A program made the translations under genes and the position numbers. Under the pieces are notes generated by a model. It was given only the letters and a program-made list of their open reading frames with translations, searched no databases and was not told the origin of the DNA. This document shows positions 31,012-40,552 of a DNA stretch of 64,000 nucleotides, piece by piece; position 1 is the stretch's first letter; every line of letters starts with the position of its first letter. Location: NCBI GenBank assembly GCA_963662265.2, contig CAXXHA010000016.1, positions 1-64,000 on the forward strand, read 5' to 3'. Source of the DNA: Spirochaetia bacterium. GTDB lineage: Bacteria > Spirochaetota > Spirochaetia > CADAEX01.

Positions 31012-32103
31012 ATGATAGAAGGAGAGGGTGTATTGCTGGAGCAGAAAAGAATAAGGGATTACGGTATTAAAATCGGAGATCTTTCTCCGGGAAAAAGGAA
31101 TTCAATTACAGATATCAAAGGAGTCAGGGTCGGGCACACAACTTTATGCAGGGGAGATATTAACACAGGTGTAACAGCTATTGTTCCTGCTGCAGGTAAT
31201 TTGTTCCGGGAAAAGCTGATTGCAGCTGTTCATGTTGTGAACGGTTTCGGTAAAAGTGCAGGCCTTATCCAGGTCGAGGAACTCGGGACTCTTGAAACTC
31301 CCATTCTTCTTACAAATACATTCGGTGTCGGAACATGTCTTAACAGCCTTATAAAGCATATGCTCAGTGAAAACGGGGAAATAGGAACAACTACAGGGAC
31401 AGTAAATCCTGTTGTCTTTGAGTGCAACGATTCATACCTGAATGATATAAGGGGTATGCATGTAAATGAGGATGATGCATTATCTGCCCTTGAAAACTCA
31501 TCGGTAGAATTCAAAGAGGGAAGTGTAGGAGCAGGCTCCGGAATGTCATGCTACAAGCTGAAAGGGGGTATAGGTACCTCTTCCCGTCTGGTTGAAATTG
31601 ACGGGAACCAGTATACAGTGGGAATGCTTGTCCTCACAAACATGGGACTTCTTGAAGAACTTCTTGTTGCCGGAGACAGGATCGGGAAGAAGATTGAAGA
31701 ATACAGGAAGTCCGGGGAAGGCAAAGCTCCTGACAGGGAATCAGACAGGGGCTCTCTTATAATGATAATAGGGACTGATATACCGATGAGTTCAAGGCAG
31801 CTTAAGAGGATTGCCCGGAGAGGAGAAAACGGAGTTGCAAGAACAGGTAATAATATAGCAACAGGAAGCGGTGAGATAGCTCTCGCCTTTTCGACTGCAC
31901 AGTATCTCAGGCATGAGGATTCTACCGGGATTCTTGACCTGAAGGTTCTTAATGAGGAAAAGATTGATGCAGTTTTCAAAGCTGTAGGGGAATGCGCGGA
32001 AGAGGCTGTGCTTAACTCGATGATAACAGCGAAAATGACTGAAGGGATTGATCAGCATGTCAGGGACAGCCTTGCTGATTATATCCACCTCAGAGGTAAA
32101 TAA
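31012..32103 (+). CDS. dmpA: P1 family peptidase (DmpA-like D-aminopeptidase)
   Basis: NSITDIKGVRVGH, NGFGKSAGLIQVEELG, ECNDSYLNDI, KGGIGTSSR, autoproteolysis site G|SLIMIIGTD. Confidence 0.9.
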   Translation: MIEGEGVLLEQKRIRDYGIKIGDLSPGKRNSITDIKGVRVGHTTLCRGDINTGVTAIVPAAGNLFREKLIAAVHVVNGFGKSAGLIQVEELGTLETPILLTNTFGVGTCLNSLIKHMLSENGEIGTTTGTVNPVVFECNDSYLNDIRGMHVNEDDALSALENSSVEFKEGSVGAGSGMSCYKLKGGIGTSSRLVEIDGNQYTVGMLVLTNMGLLEELLVAGDRIGKKIEEYRKSGEGKAPDRESDRGSLIMIIGTDIPMSSRQLKRIARRGENGVARTGNNIATGSGEIALAFSTAQYLRHEDSTGILDLKVLNEEKIDAVFKAVGECAEEAVLNSMITAKMTEGIDQHVRDSLADYIHLRGK

Positions 32104-32245
32104 CAGCAGGGTAAAGAATCAGAAACATGTTTAAGCGAGGCTTGTCCATGTTGGAACTGAATTATGAATTGCGTTCCATAAGTCCAGAGGAAAAGATGAA
32201 AAACTCCGGGAAAAGTGTTAAAATATTTTCAGGCGGTAACTGAAT

Positions 32246-33382
32246 ATGAAAGAAATACTTATCTGCTCTTCGTGCGGAAAGGAGTTTTTACCAGGCAGGG
32301 AATTGTTCAGGTGTCCTTCATGCGGTTCTTATTTCAATCTGAAACTTGAAGGGTTTGAATTTGACCCATCAATGCTTGATGATTCTAAAGGAACAGGCAT
32401 CTGGCGTTACAGATTAGTAATACCTGTAAAAGATGAGAGCATAATCAGCTATGGAGAGGAGAGGACTCCTCTTACAGAATACAGCTCAGATTCTGGTGAA
32501 ATCCTGGTCAAGCTTGATTATCTCTTCCCCTCTGGTTCCTATAAAGACAGGGGAGCTGCTGTTCTTATCAGCAAGGTAAAAGAGCTTGGAATTGATTTTG
32601 TTGTCGAGGATTCATCGGGTAATGCCGGAGCTTCTGTATCTGCCTATTGCGCAAAAGGGGGGATAGGCTGTTCTGTATATGTGCCTGCTTCAAACTCTGA
32701 GGCTAAGCTTTCCCAGATAAAGTCATACGGGGCAGATCTTGTTGCTGTTGAAGGTTCGAGAGCGGAAACTTCAAGGAGAGTGCTTGAAGCTGCGGAAAAG
32801 CATTATTATGCGAGTCATATCTGGAATCCCTATTTTTACCATGGAACAAAGACATTTGCATATGAAGTTTGCGAACAGCTCGGATGGAAGGCCCCTGATA
32901 CTGTCGTGCTTCCCGCTGGGCATGGGACTCTTTTTCTAGGATCATACATAGGTTTTTCAGAGCTTTATGAATCGGGAGTGATTTCAGAAATGCCGCGGTT
33001 TATAGGCGTGCAGTCTGCCAACTGCTGTCCTGTATATGATAAATGGAAAGGAAAATCCTCGCCTGCTGTAATCGCAGAAACACTTGCTGAAGGTATTGCA
33101 ATTTCAGGTCCTGTAAGGATTGATGATATGATTATTGCTGCCTCGAAAACAGGCGGGGAATTTATAACTGTTGATGAAGAAGAGATCAGGAACACACTCC
33201 TTCAACTTGTGGGGAAAGGTTTCTATACAGAACCCACATCAGCAGCTGTTATCGCAGGAGCAGAAAAATATCTTAAAAATAAGAAGAATAGGGAAGAGGA
33301 TCCCGGCCTGACTGTTTCTGTACTTACAGGTTCGGGTCTTAAAGCTTCTGAAAAGATATATAAGATAATGAAAGGGTTATAG
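32246..33382 (+). CDS. threonine synthase-like PLP enzyme (fold type II) with N-terminal zinc ribbon
   Basis: CSSC..CPSC, KLDYLFPSGSYKDRG, EDSSGNAGAS, PAGHGT, EPTSA, LTGSGLK. Confidence 0.85.
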   Translation: MKEILICSSCGKEFLPGRELFRCPSCGSYFNLKLEGFEFDPSMLDDSKGTGIWRYRLVIPVKDESIISYGEERTPLTEYSSDSGEILVKLDYLFPSGSYKDRGAAVLISKVKELGIDFVVEDSSGNAGASVSAYCAKGGIGCSVYVPASNSEAKLSQIKSYGADLVAVEGSRAETSRRVLEAAEKHYYASHIWNPYFYHGTKTFAYEVCEQLGWKAPDTVVLPAGHGTLFLGSYIGFSELYESGVISEMPRFIGVQSANCCPVYDKWKGKSSPAVIAETLAEGIAISGPVRIDDMIIAASKTGGEFITVDEEEIRNTLLQLVGKGFYTEPTSAAVIAGAEKYLKNKKNREEDPGLTVSVLTGSGLKASEKIYKIMKGL

Positions 33383-33504
33383 AAAACAAGATCCTTTAAA
33401 ATCTGATAATTTGATAATTTTTGGAGCCTATTACAAAGCACTGGTGTCTGATTTTCAGGGACTCCTTTTTGTAAAAAGCGAAACAGGGCAAAGAGAGGAT
33501 AAAA

Positions 33505-34269
33505 ATGAAAGGTATAATTATCGGGGGGGGCGTGGGCCCCATGGCAGGTGTAGAACTTCACAAGAAAATCATTAACAGCACAAAGACTTCAGGGACTGAT
33601 CAGGACCATCTCGATATAGTTCATCTCTCTTTTTCATCCAGGGTCAACGACAGGACAAAATTTCTTCTCGAAGGGAATGAATGCAATCCGGGCGGCAAGA
33701 TGGCGGAATATGTTACTGCTGCTGCCGATATACATGAGCTGAACGGGAAAGGCTCTGTTGCCGGAGTCCCGTGCAACACATTCCATGCAGAAAAAATCTT
33801 TTCAGAATATTCTGAAAAGATCCGGATGAGCGGAAAAAATATCAGGATTGTAAATATGATTGAAGAGACTGTTCTTTACCTTAAATCTGAATTTTCCAAA
33901 GGTTCCAGAATTGGGCTTCTTTCAACAACAGGTACAAGAAAAACCGCCCTTTATAAAGGGTATCTGGAAAAGGCAGGATTTGAACTTGTTCAGGTTGATG
34001 AAGAAGATCAGGATAGTGTTCATGATATTATCTACAATAAAGGCTGGGGAATAAAGGCTAAATCCCCGGTAACTTCCCTTGCTGTCAATAAATCGGAGTT
34101 CTATGCATCTATACTTACAGATAAAGGTGCCTGCTGCATAATCCTCGGCTGCACAGAATTTCCGCTCTCTCTGACCGGAGGAGAGTTTAAAGGCATACCT
34201 CTTGTTGATCCTGTAAATGTCCTTGCAAGGGCTCTTGTACGGGAAGCGGATCCTGATAAACTGATGTAA
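33505..34269 (+). CDS. aspartate/glutamate racemase family protein
   Basis: GGGVGPMA, TDQDH, VPCNTFH and ILGCTEFP catalytic Cys pair. Confidence 0.9.
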   Translation: MKGIIIGGGVGPMAGVELHKKIINSTKTSGTDQDHLDIVHLSFSSRVNDRTKFLLEGNECNPGGKMAEYVTAAADIHELNGKGSVAGVPCNTFHAEKIFSEYSEKIRMSGKNIRIVNMIEETVLYLKSEFSKGSRIGLLSTTGTRKTALYKGYLEKAGFELVQVDEEDQDSVHDIIYNKGWGIKAKSPVTSLAVNKSEFYASILTDKGACCIILGCTEFPLSLTGGEFKGIPLVDPVNVLARALVREADPDKLM

Positions 34270-34515
34270 TGATATATTGAAATATTAACTGCTCAGGATA
34301 ACGCATCTTTTGGAAGTATTGCCCTGTTCTGTTTTCTGCATGGAAATATCACTCCACCTGTTTCTCTATTCACATAGCATAGGCATTTAGTAGTCCTTTA
34401 TGTTTTGAAATATGGGATATTGTTCAGCAGGAAATATTCCCTTAACTTATGCTGAAAATTACTGGCGGCAAAAAATGTTATTTAATGGTCTGATTTCAAA
34501 AAAGTGGTTCAGGAT

Positions 34516-35178
34516 TTAAAATGGGGGAAGCGAAGAAAAGCTGATTCTCTCCCCTTTTTCAGGATGATTAAACTCAAGGTAGGATGCATGAAGCATCATC
34601 TGATCCCCCTCTTTTCCTGTCCCGTATAGCCTGTCCCCGATAATCGGCACTCCCAGCCCTTTCTGATGAGATGAGTGGAGCCTCAGCTGATGTGTCCTTC
34701 CTGTAAGAGGGGTAAAAAGGATTCTTGTTTTCCCGTTTTCTATCCCGATCTTTTTCCACTCCGTAATTCCCTCCTTTCCCTGAACCGGATCATAAACCTG
34801 GTACGGCCTGTTATCCGGATCAAGCCTGAATGAAAGCCTTATAACGCCGCTTTCTCCGCTTACTTCTCCATCCAGAAGCGCTGTGTAGTGCTTGAAAACT
34901 TTCTTATTCTGAAACTGTATAGAAAGTTTTCTGTGCGCCTCTTTTGTAAGTGCAAGTACCAGAAGTCCTGATGTGAACATATCAAGCCTGTGGACAGATG
35001 GCTGCTCAATGGATCCGGGGAATAATTTTTTTAACCTGCAGGTGACTGAGTCCTTTTTATCTTCCCCCCTGCCCGGGATGGAAAGAAGGCCACCCGGTTT
35101 ATTTGTCACAACTATTGATGAGTCGCTGTAGATTATGTCCAGTTCATTATTCATATTCATATTCATATTCATATTCAT
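34516..35178 (-). CDS. rluA: RluA family pseudouridine synthase
   Basis: NKPGGLLSIPG, VHRLDMFTSG, TGRTHQLRLH, IIGDRLYG, LHA. Start lies within an (ATGAAT)5 repeat. Confidence 0.92.
   Translation of the reverse strand: MNMNMNMNMNNELDIIYSDSSIVVTNKPGGLLSIPGRGEDKKDSVTCRLKKLFPGSIEQPSVHRLDMFTSGLLVLALTKEAHRKLSIQFQNKKVFKHYTALLDGEVSGESGVIRLSFRLDPDNRPYQVYDPVQGKEGITEWKKIGIENGKTRILFTPLTGRTHQLRLHSSHQKGLGVPIIGDRLYGTGKEGDQMMLHASYLEFNHPEKGERISFSSLPPF
35149..35178 (-). repeat. (ATGAAT)5 microsatellite at the rluA start
   Basis: Minus strand ATGAATATGAATATGAATATGAATATGAAT encoding MNMNMNMNMN. Confidence 0.9.
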
Positions 35179-35179
35179 A

Positions 35180-36298
35180 TTATTTAATCAGATGTTTATA
35201 TTTTTCCTGAAGCTTTTCTGCTCCCCTGAGCATGTAAGTCAGTATTGGAGCACATTTTTCAGTACAGGGAGGATAAAAGTGCCTGTGTTTTTTAGTTCCT
35301 GATTTGTTTCCCCTGCCATAGTAAAATTCAATGAGACTCAGTGGTATGAGTCCTTCTCCGGCGGCATAGTTAAGCAGCTTTGGAGCGCAGCAGTCACCAG
35401 TTCCTGCCGGCATACCGGATAACATCGTCGGAATTTTCCGGTATTCCGTTTCTGGAATTCCAGTTCGAATGACTTCCTCTGCATCACCCGCCTGCATAGC
35501 CTTAATTTGTGCCGGGCAAGCTTCTTCAGAACCTGAAAGTACTCTACATGATCTACCTGTCATAACAGGATTTTCGGGAGCATTTTTCGTGTGTTTTCTC
35601 GTGACAGCATCAGTTTTATGAGTTTTTCCCCTTTTATCATCAATGTTTTTTAAAAATACTTCTGCCATTGATTTTATTTCACCTTCAAAATTATGAAGGT
35701 AATAAAGAGAATGTATCTCTTTCATCAGGTCCTGAGATATTTTTTTCCTTTTATCCTTAAGGTACAGTATTCTTTCCTGTAATTTATTCTGAGAATCCTG
35801 TATCTCTGCAGCCTCATAATCAGAAGCTTCAGTTTTTTTAATACTGCTGCCGGCATCTGATTTTCTGTTTATTGACTCTTCTTCTTCTGCAGCAAGTTCT
35901 TCAATCTGCCTGTCGAGTTTTTTTATTTCTTTATCTTTTTCTCTTACAGCAGTATCAAAAGCATCAGGGTCAATAACAGGAGGAACCCAGCCGGGTATCA
36001 GCCACCTGCTGTTATACTGTCCGGAAAAAGCCTTGAGTATTATTTTTTCACCTTCAGGATTTAAACAGACAAGTATCCCGAACATCTGTCCCCGTGCTTT
36101 CGAAAAAAGATAATCGGTTGAAAGATCAGCATCTCTTGTTTCCGGAGCTGTATCCATATCAAGACATTTTTCACTGTCAAGTTTTTCTATGAGATCAATT
36201 GCATATTTTTCAGCTTCTGCTGACTGAAGGACCGGGATTTTCAGGCATTTTCTGAACCATCCTGTAAAAGATGGTTTAATGTTAAACTGTGACATCAT
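35180..36298 (-). CDS. hypothetical protein resembling the N-terminal region of long RluA proteins (putative deaminase-like Zn-binding fold)
   Basis: GQMFGILVC..LKAFSGQ..WVPPV, coiled-coil insert, GTGDCCAPKLLNYA..EFYYG..FYPPCTEKCAPIL. Abuts rluA. Confidence 0.7.
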   Translation of the reverse strand: MMSQFNIKPSFTGWFRKCLKIPVLQSAEAEKYAIDLIEKLDSEKCLDMDTAPETRDADLSTDYLFSKARGQMFGILVCLNPEGEKIILKAFSGQYNSRWLIPGWVPPVIDPDAFDTAVREKDKEIKKLDRQIEELAAEEEESINRKSDAGSSIKKTEASDYEAAEIQDSQNKLQERILYLKDKRKKISQDLMKEIHSLYYLHNFEGEIKSMAEVFLKNIDDKRGKTHKTDAVTRKHTKNAPENPVMTGRSCRVLSGSEEACPAQIKAMQAGDAEEVIRTGIPETEYRKIPTMLSGMPAGTGDCCAPKLLNYAAGEGLIPLSLIEFYYGRGNKSGTKKHRHFYPPCTEKCAPILTYMLRGAEKLQEKYKHLIK

Positions 36299-37627
36299 GG
36301 ATCCATTTTCCTGAAACCAGCCTTTTGACAGATATTAGAGATTTAAATACTTCTTCAAAATTAACACAGAGAAATACTATATATACCGGAAGCCTGAAAT
36401 AGAATCCTGTCAAAAAAGCCATCGGAACACCTATAAGCCATACCGATATTATTTCGATGTAGAATGCTGTTTTCGTATCTCCTCCGCCTCTGAAAACACC
36501 TACAATATTGTGTATGTTAAATATCTTAAACGGGAAATATACAGCGCTGATAATTATAAGACGTACAGTCCATTTCATTACTTCTTCATGCACATTGAAA
36601 ATATGGGGAATAATAAAAATAACATTCAGTGACAGGAGGGCTGTCGCAATTCCTGCAGCTGCACCAATAACATGAAAGTCTCTTGCAAGCTTTCTTGTTT
36701 TTTTAAGATCTCCTTCACCTATTGATTTACCAATTACAACGACACATGCATTCGCGCTTCCCATGAAGAGGACCATCATAAGCTGCATAATAGTTTCATT
36801 GATACTTACAGCAGCAAGCGCGTTAGTTCCTATCCGGCCGTAGACAACTTTATACATTGTCATTCCTACTGCCCACAATACTTCATTGAGTATGACAGGA
36901 AGGGCAATTTTCACATATCTGAAAATAAATTCAGCACTTACTCTCCTGATATCCTCTCTGTTGACAGCTATTTCCCGTGTATTAGAGTAAACAGTAATGA
37001 CAAGTATTGCTGATTCTGTGAACCGGGCAATTGCTGTTGCAACTGCTGCCCCGATTATTCCCATTTCCGGAAATATCCAGATTCCGAATATCAGAACATA
37101 ATTCAGTACAATGTTGATGAGGTTTTGAGACTGCGCTTGCAAAGAGGGGCACCTTAGCTTTTTCTATGCTCCTGAGCATCATTCCGTAAGAGAAGGTTAC
37201 TGATGAGAAAAGATAGCTTACAGCAACAGTTACCAGATATCCGACTCCCGCATTTATTACAGCAGTGTCTGTTGTGAAAAGCCCCATTACTTTTTCAGGG
37301 ATTGCAAATGATATTATTATGAAAAAAAGGCTGCTTATGCTGCTTAGGGAAAGTCCTACAACAACAGTTTTTTTTACACTTTCAGGATCTTTTTTTCCCC
37401 TGAACTGCGCAATAAAGACACTTGCAGCAGAGCATATTCCGAACATCATAAGTGTAAATAGAAAAAAAGACCTGGTTTCCGATTCCAACGGCAGATATTG
37501 CAGTAGCTCCAAGCTGGCCAATCATGAGTGTATCGATGAAAGATACAGATGACATGAGAAGATTGTTGAGTGCTACCGGGACAGCTATCCTTTTAAAGCC
37601 TTGTTTTATTTCAGGGGCAAGTGTCAT
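36282..37627 (-). CDS. MATE family efflux transporter (~447 aa; two apparent +1 frameshifts near 37465 and 37125)
   Basis: IDTLMIGQLGATAISAVG, LINIVLNYVLIFG..MGIIGAAVAT and VFRGGGDT across three track ORFs. Confidence 0.88.
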
Positions 37628-37658
37628 GATTTAAATATGTTCTCCGTAAATATTATAA

Positions 37659-37768
37659 GGGAATTTCTAAAATATAGTTTTTTCTTATAGATTCCCCCCC
37701 TTCGGGGACAGCTGCCTTGTGGGCAAATATCCAGGGAAAAAACTCAAAAGCGAGTTTTAGAGGTGCCC
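37659..37768 (-). mobile_element. composite MITE-like element (family copy C)
   Basis: Reverse complement reads GGGCACCTCTAAAACTCGCTTTTGAGTTTTTT..GCCCACAAGG...GGGAATCTATAAGAAAAAACTATATTTTAGAAATTCCC, matching 12475-12649. Confidence 0.7.
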
Positions 37769-38218
37769 GTAAAAAGTGCTGACTGAATTCATAAAAAAAT
37801 CCAGCGGAAATATTAAACGTTATGCCGGAATATTGTTTTTCTTTAATATGCAGTAAATTGCAGAATTATCCAATCCCTGTTGCAGGAATCCCGGATATTT
37901 TTTGTATTTATCTTCTTAAAATATTGGGTTGATGAATTACCTTTGATATAGAGAGATTAAAAATATTTTCTTTTATTTGAATTATTTGTGTAGTTAAATA
38001 ATAATAGTAGTTGTTGCTGATAAATTGCAGTATATATCCTGACATCAAAATGAAATTTTTAGGTATAATCTTATTTGCAAGATATAGTATAATGTTAGGT
38101 GCCTTTATATTTTTATTTGAATATGCTCCTGATATTCGGTTCTTTTTCAGGTAATTATTCAAAAGAAATAAAGGAAAAATATAATTATTTATCAGCATCA
38201 TTAAAAAACGGAGGAATT

Positions 38219-39304
38219 ATGTTGTTTCAGAAGCAGTTGATGATGAGAAAGGTTGTTTATTCCCTTTTTCCGATATATCTTGCTGCAGTTTTCTTTTACG
38301 GTATCTACTTCTTTATTGTTTCCATAGCTGTTTTTGCAGCAGGAATAATGACAGAATATCTCTTCATGAAGTACTACGGTAAAAAGATTTCTGAAGCTGT
38401 ACTTGTGACATGCATGATATATCTGCTGTCTCTACCCCCTGAAGTCCCTGTCTGGATTGCAGCAACAGGGATAGTTTTCGGAGTGCTTTTCGGGAAATGT
38501 GTTTACGGCGGTTTCGGCAGGAATATATTCAATCCTGCTATCACGGGGCGTCTTTTTATCTATATAACATTTCCGGGTAAGATGACTTCCCTGTGGACTG
38601 TTCCTTCATTTTTCGGTTTTGGAAAGATTGATGGAATTGCTTCAGCAACACCTCTCTATATGATGAGACAGGGGGAAATCCCTGAACTTCTCAACCTTTT
38701 TACAGGGCTCAGGACCGGATCTGCAGGGGAGGGTTTTACAGTTCTCATTATTCTTGCTGCTGTCTATCTTATATACACTAAAACAGCAAACTGGAAAGCA
38801 ATTGCATCTACCCTTGCTTCATTCCTGGTTTTCAGTACACTCTTTTTTCTGATTGGTGCTGAAAACAGTTTTCCACCGATTCATGCAGTCCTGTCGGGAA
38901 GTATTCTTTTTGTTGCTGTTTTCATGGTGACGGACCCTGTTTCAGCTCCTAAAAAACCGCAGGCAATTCTTGTTTACGGATTGATGGTCGGCGGAATTGC
39001 AGCTCTGGTGAGAACATTTTCCCTTTTTCCCGAGGGTACAAGTTTCGGAATACTTATCGGTAATACTTTTGCATCTCTCTTCGATGAATGGTTTCCAAAG
39101 CCTGCATTGAAGAAGCCTCCTGTTAAAAAGGCAGATAACCCGGGTAATGTTAAGCCAGTTGAATCCTCCGGAGCAGCTGCTGATAAGTCTGCTGGAAATG
39201 GAGGGGCAAAGAACTCTGATGCCCAAGCATCTCCCGGAGAAGCTTCTGGTCAGGCATCAGAAACGGGTGATAAGCATTCCCTGAAGGGGGGCGTCAATGA
39301 ATAA
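38219..39304 (+). CDS. nqrB: NqrB/RnfD family subunit
   Basis: GKCVYGGFGRNIFNPA, FMN-attachment DGIASATPL, FMVTDPVSAP. Start ATG 38219 after GGAGG. Low-complexity C-tail. Confidence 0.85.
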   Translation: MLFQKQLMMRKVVYSLFPIYLAAVFFYGIYFFIVSIAVFAAGIMTEYLFMKYYGKKISEAVLVTCMIYLLSLPPEVPVWIAATGIVFGVLFGKCVYGGFGRNIFNPAITGRLFIYITFPGKMTSLWTVPSFFGFGKIDGIASATPLYMMRQGEIPELLNLFTGLRTGSAGEGFTVLIILAAVYLIYTKTANWKAIASTLASFLVFSTLFFLIGAENSFPPIHAVLSGSILFVAVFMVTDPVSAPKKPQAILVYGLMVGGIAALVRTFSLFPEGTSFGILIGNTFASLFDEWFPKPALKKPPVKKADNPGNVKPVESSGAAADKSAGNGGAKNSDAQASPGEASGQASETGDKHSLKGGVNE

Positions 39305-39896
39305 AAACAGTCTTGTTTATACAGTGATTTTTTCATTCCTGACAGCTTTCTTCTTCGTCTTTCTCCTTTCAATGGCAGACAGCCTCACAAAGGAAAAAAC
39401 AGAGGATAATGCAAGAAAAACATTTTATAAGGCTGTGCTTAAATCTGCAGGAATTGATTTTAAATCTGATGATGATTCTGTGCCTGTATTCAGGGAATAT
39501 TTCAGCAGTTACAACGATGGTGATACTGTTCTGAAAACATCTGTTGACGGAAGAAATCTTGTTCTCAAGGTTTTCCGCGGAAACGGGCTATGGGGAACAA
39601 TCTCGGGAGTCATTGCTTTCTCCTCAGATCTTGAAAGAATAGCAGGCTTTGAAATTATTTCACACAATGAAACCCCAGGTCTCGGGGGACGGATAGATGA
39701 AGACTGGTTCAAGGACCAGTTTGACTGGGAAAAGGTTTCTGCAGAAGGGATTACTGTCCGCAAGGGATCCGGTTCATATGATTCAGATACGGAAAACAGC
39801 GAAGTTGAAGGGATAACAGGTGCTTCCCTGACAAGCAAATCAATAGAAAATATTATAAATGAAAATCTTGCACTGATGAGAAAGGAGGTTGAATAA
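39297..39896 (+). CDS. nqrC: NqrC/RnfG family FMN-binding subunit
   Basis: GNGLWGTISG, HNETPGLGGRI, VEGITGASLTS. Confidence 0.85.
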   Translation: MNKNSLVYTVIFSFLTAFFFVFLLSMADSLTKEKTEDNARKTFYKAVLKSAGIDFKSDDDSVPVFREYFSSYNDGDTVLKTSVDGRNLVLKVFRGNGLWGTISGVIAFSSDLERIAGFEIISHNETPGLGGRIDEDWFKDQFDWEKVSAEGITVRKGSGSYDSDTENSEVEGITGASLTSKSIENIINENLALMRKEVE

Positions 39897-40552
39897 TGGC
39901 TGATAAACCTTCACTTATACTTAAAAACAATCTCTGGAACAATAACCCTATTTTTATTCAGATTCTGGGTATCTGCTCAACTCTTGCAGTTACAAATAAT
40001 CTTGTTAATACTCTGATTATGACAGTAGGTCTTGTATTTGTAACAGGGTTTACAAATTTAAGTGTTTCTATTCTGAAAGCCCTTATTCCTGACAGGGTAA
40101 GGATGATTATCCAGACACTGATAATTGCCTTCTATGTAATTATTGTTGATATAATCCTGAGGGCCTATCTTCCCGCTATAAGCAGATCTCTCGGCCCGTA
40201 TGTAGGTCTTATTATTACAAACTGCATTATCATGGGGAGGGCCGAAGGTTTTGCAAGGTCAAATCCTCCCTTATTATCACTGTGGGACGGAGTTACTTCT
40301 GGTATAGGATATATGTGGGTTTTAATTGTAATAGCTTTTTTCAGGGAGCTTCTAGGTTCAGGCACGCTGTTTGGAATAACCATTCTTCCTGACGGATTTA
40401 CAAACTGGACAATTATGGTCATGCCTCCGAGCGCTTTCTTTCTTCTCGGTGTTTTGATCTGGATATGTAAATCCCTGATACTCAGGAAAGAGGGAGCTCA
40501 ATCCCCGCAGGGGGTACAATCCCCCAATACCGGTTCCAAGGAGGCTAAGTAA
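39896..40552 (+). CDS. nqrD: NqrD/RnfE family subunit
   Basis: NNPIFIQILGICSTLAVT, YVGLIITNCIIMGRAE. Confidence 0.88.
   Translation: MADKPSLILKNNLWNNNPIFIQILGICSTLAVTNNLVNTLIMTVGLVFVTGFTNLSVSILKALIPDRVRMIIQTLIIAFYVIIVDIILRAYLPAISRSLGPYVGLIITNCIIMGRAEGFARSNPPLLSLWDGVTSGIGYMWVLIVIAFFRELLGSGTLFGITILPDGFTNWTIMVMPPSAFFLLGVLIWICKSLILRKEGAQSPQGVQSPNTGSKEAK

Noticed and set aside
33424-33480. Possible MITE remnant (GAGCCTATTACAAA...TTTGTAA)
   Set aside because: The inverted repeat is short and incomplete, with no second copy in the window.
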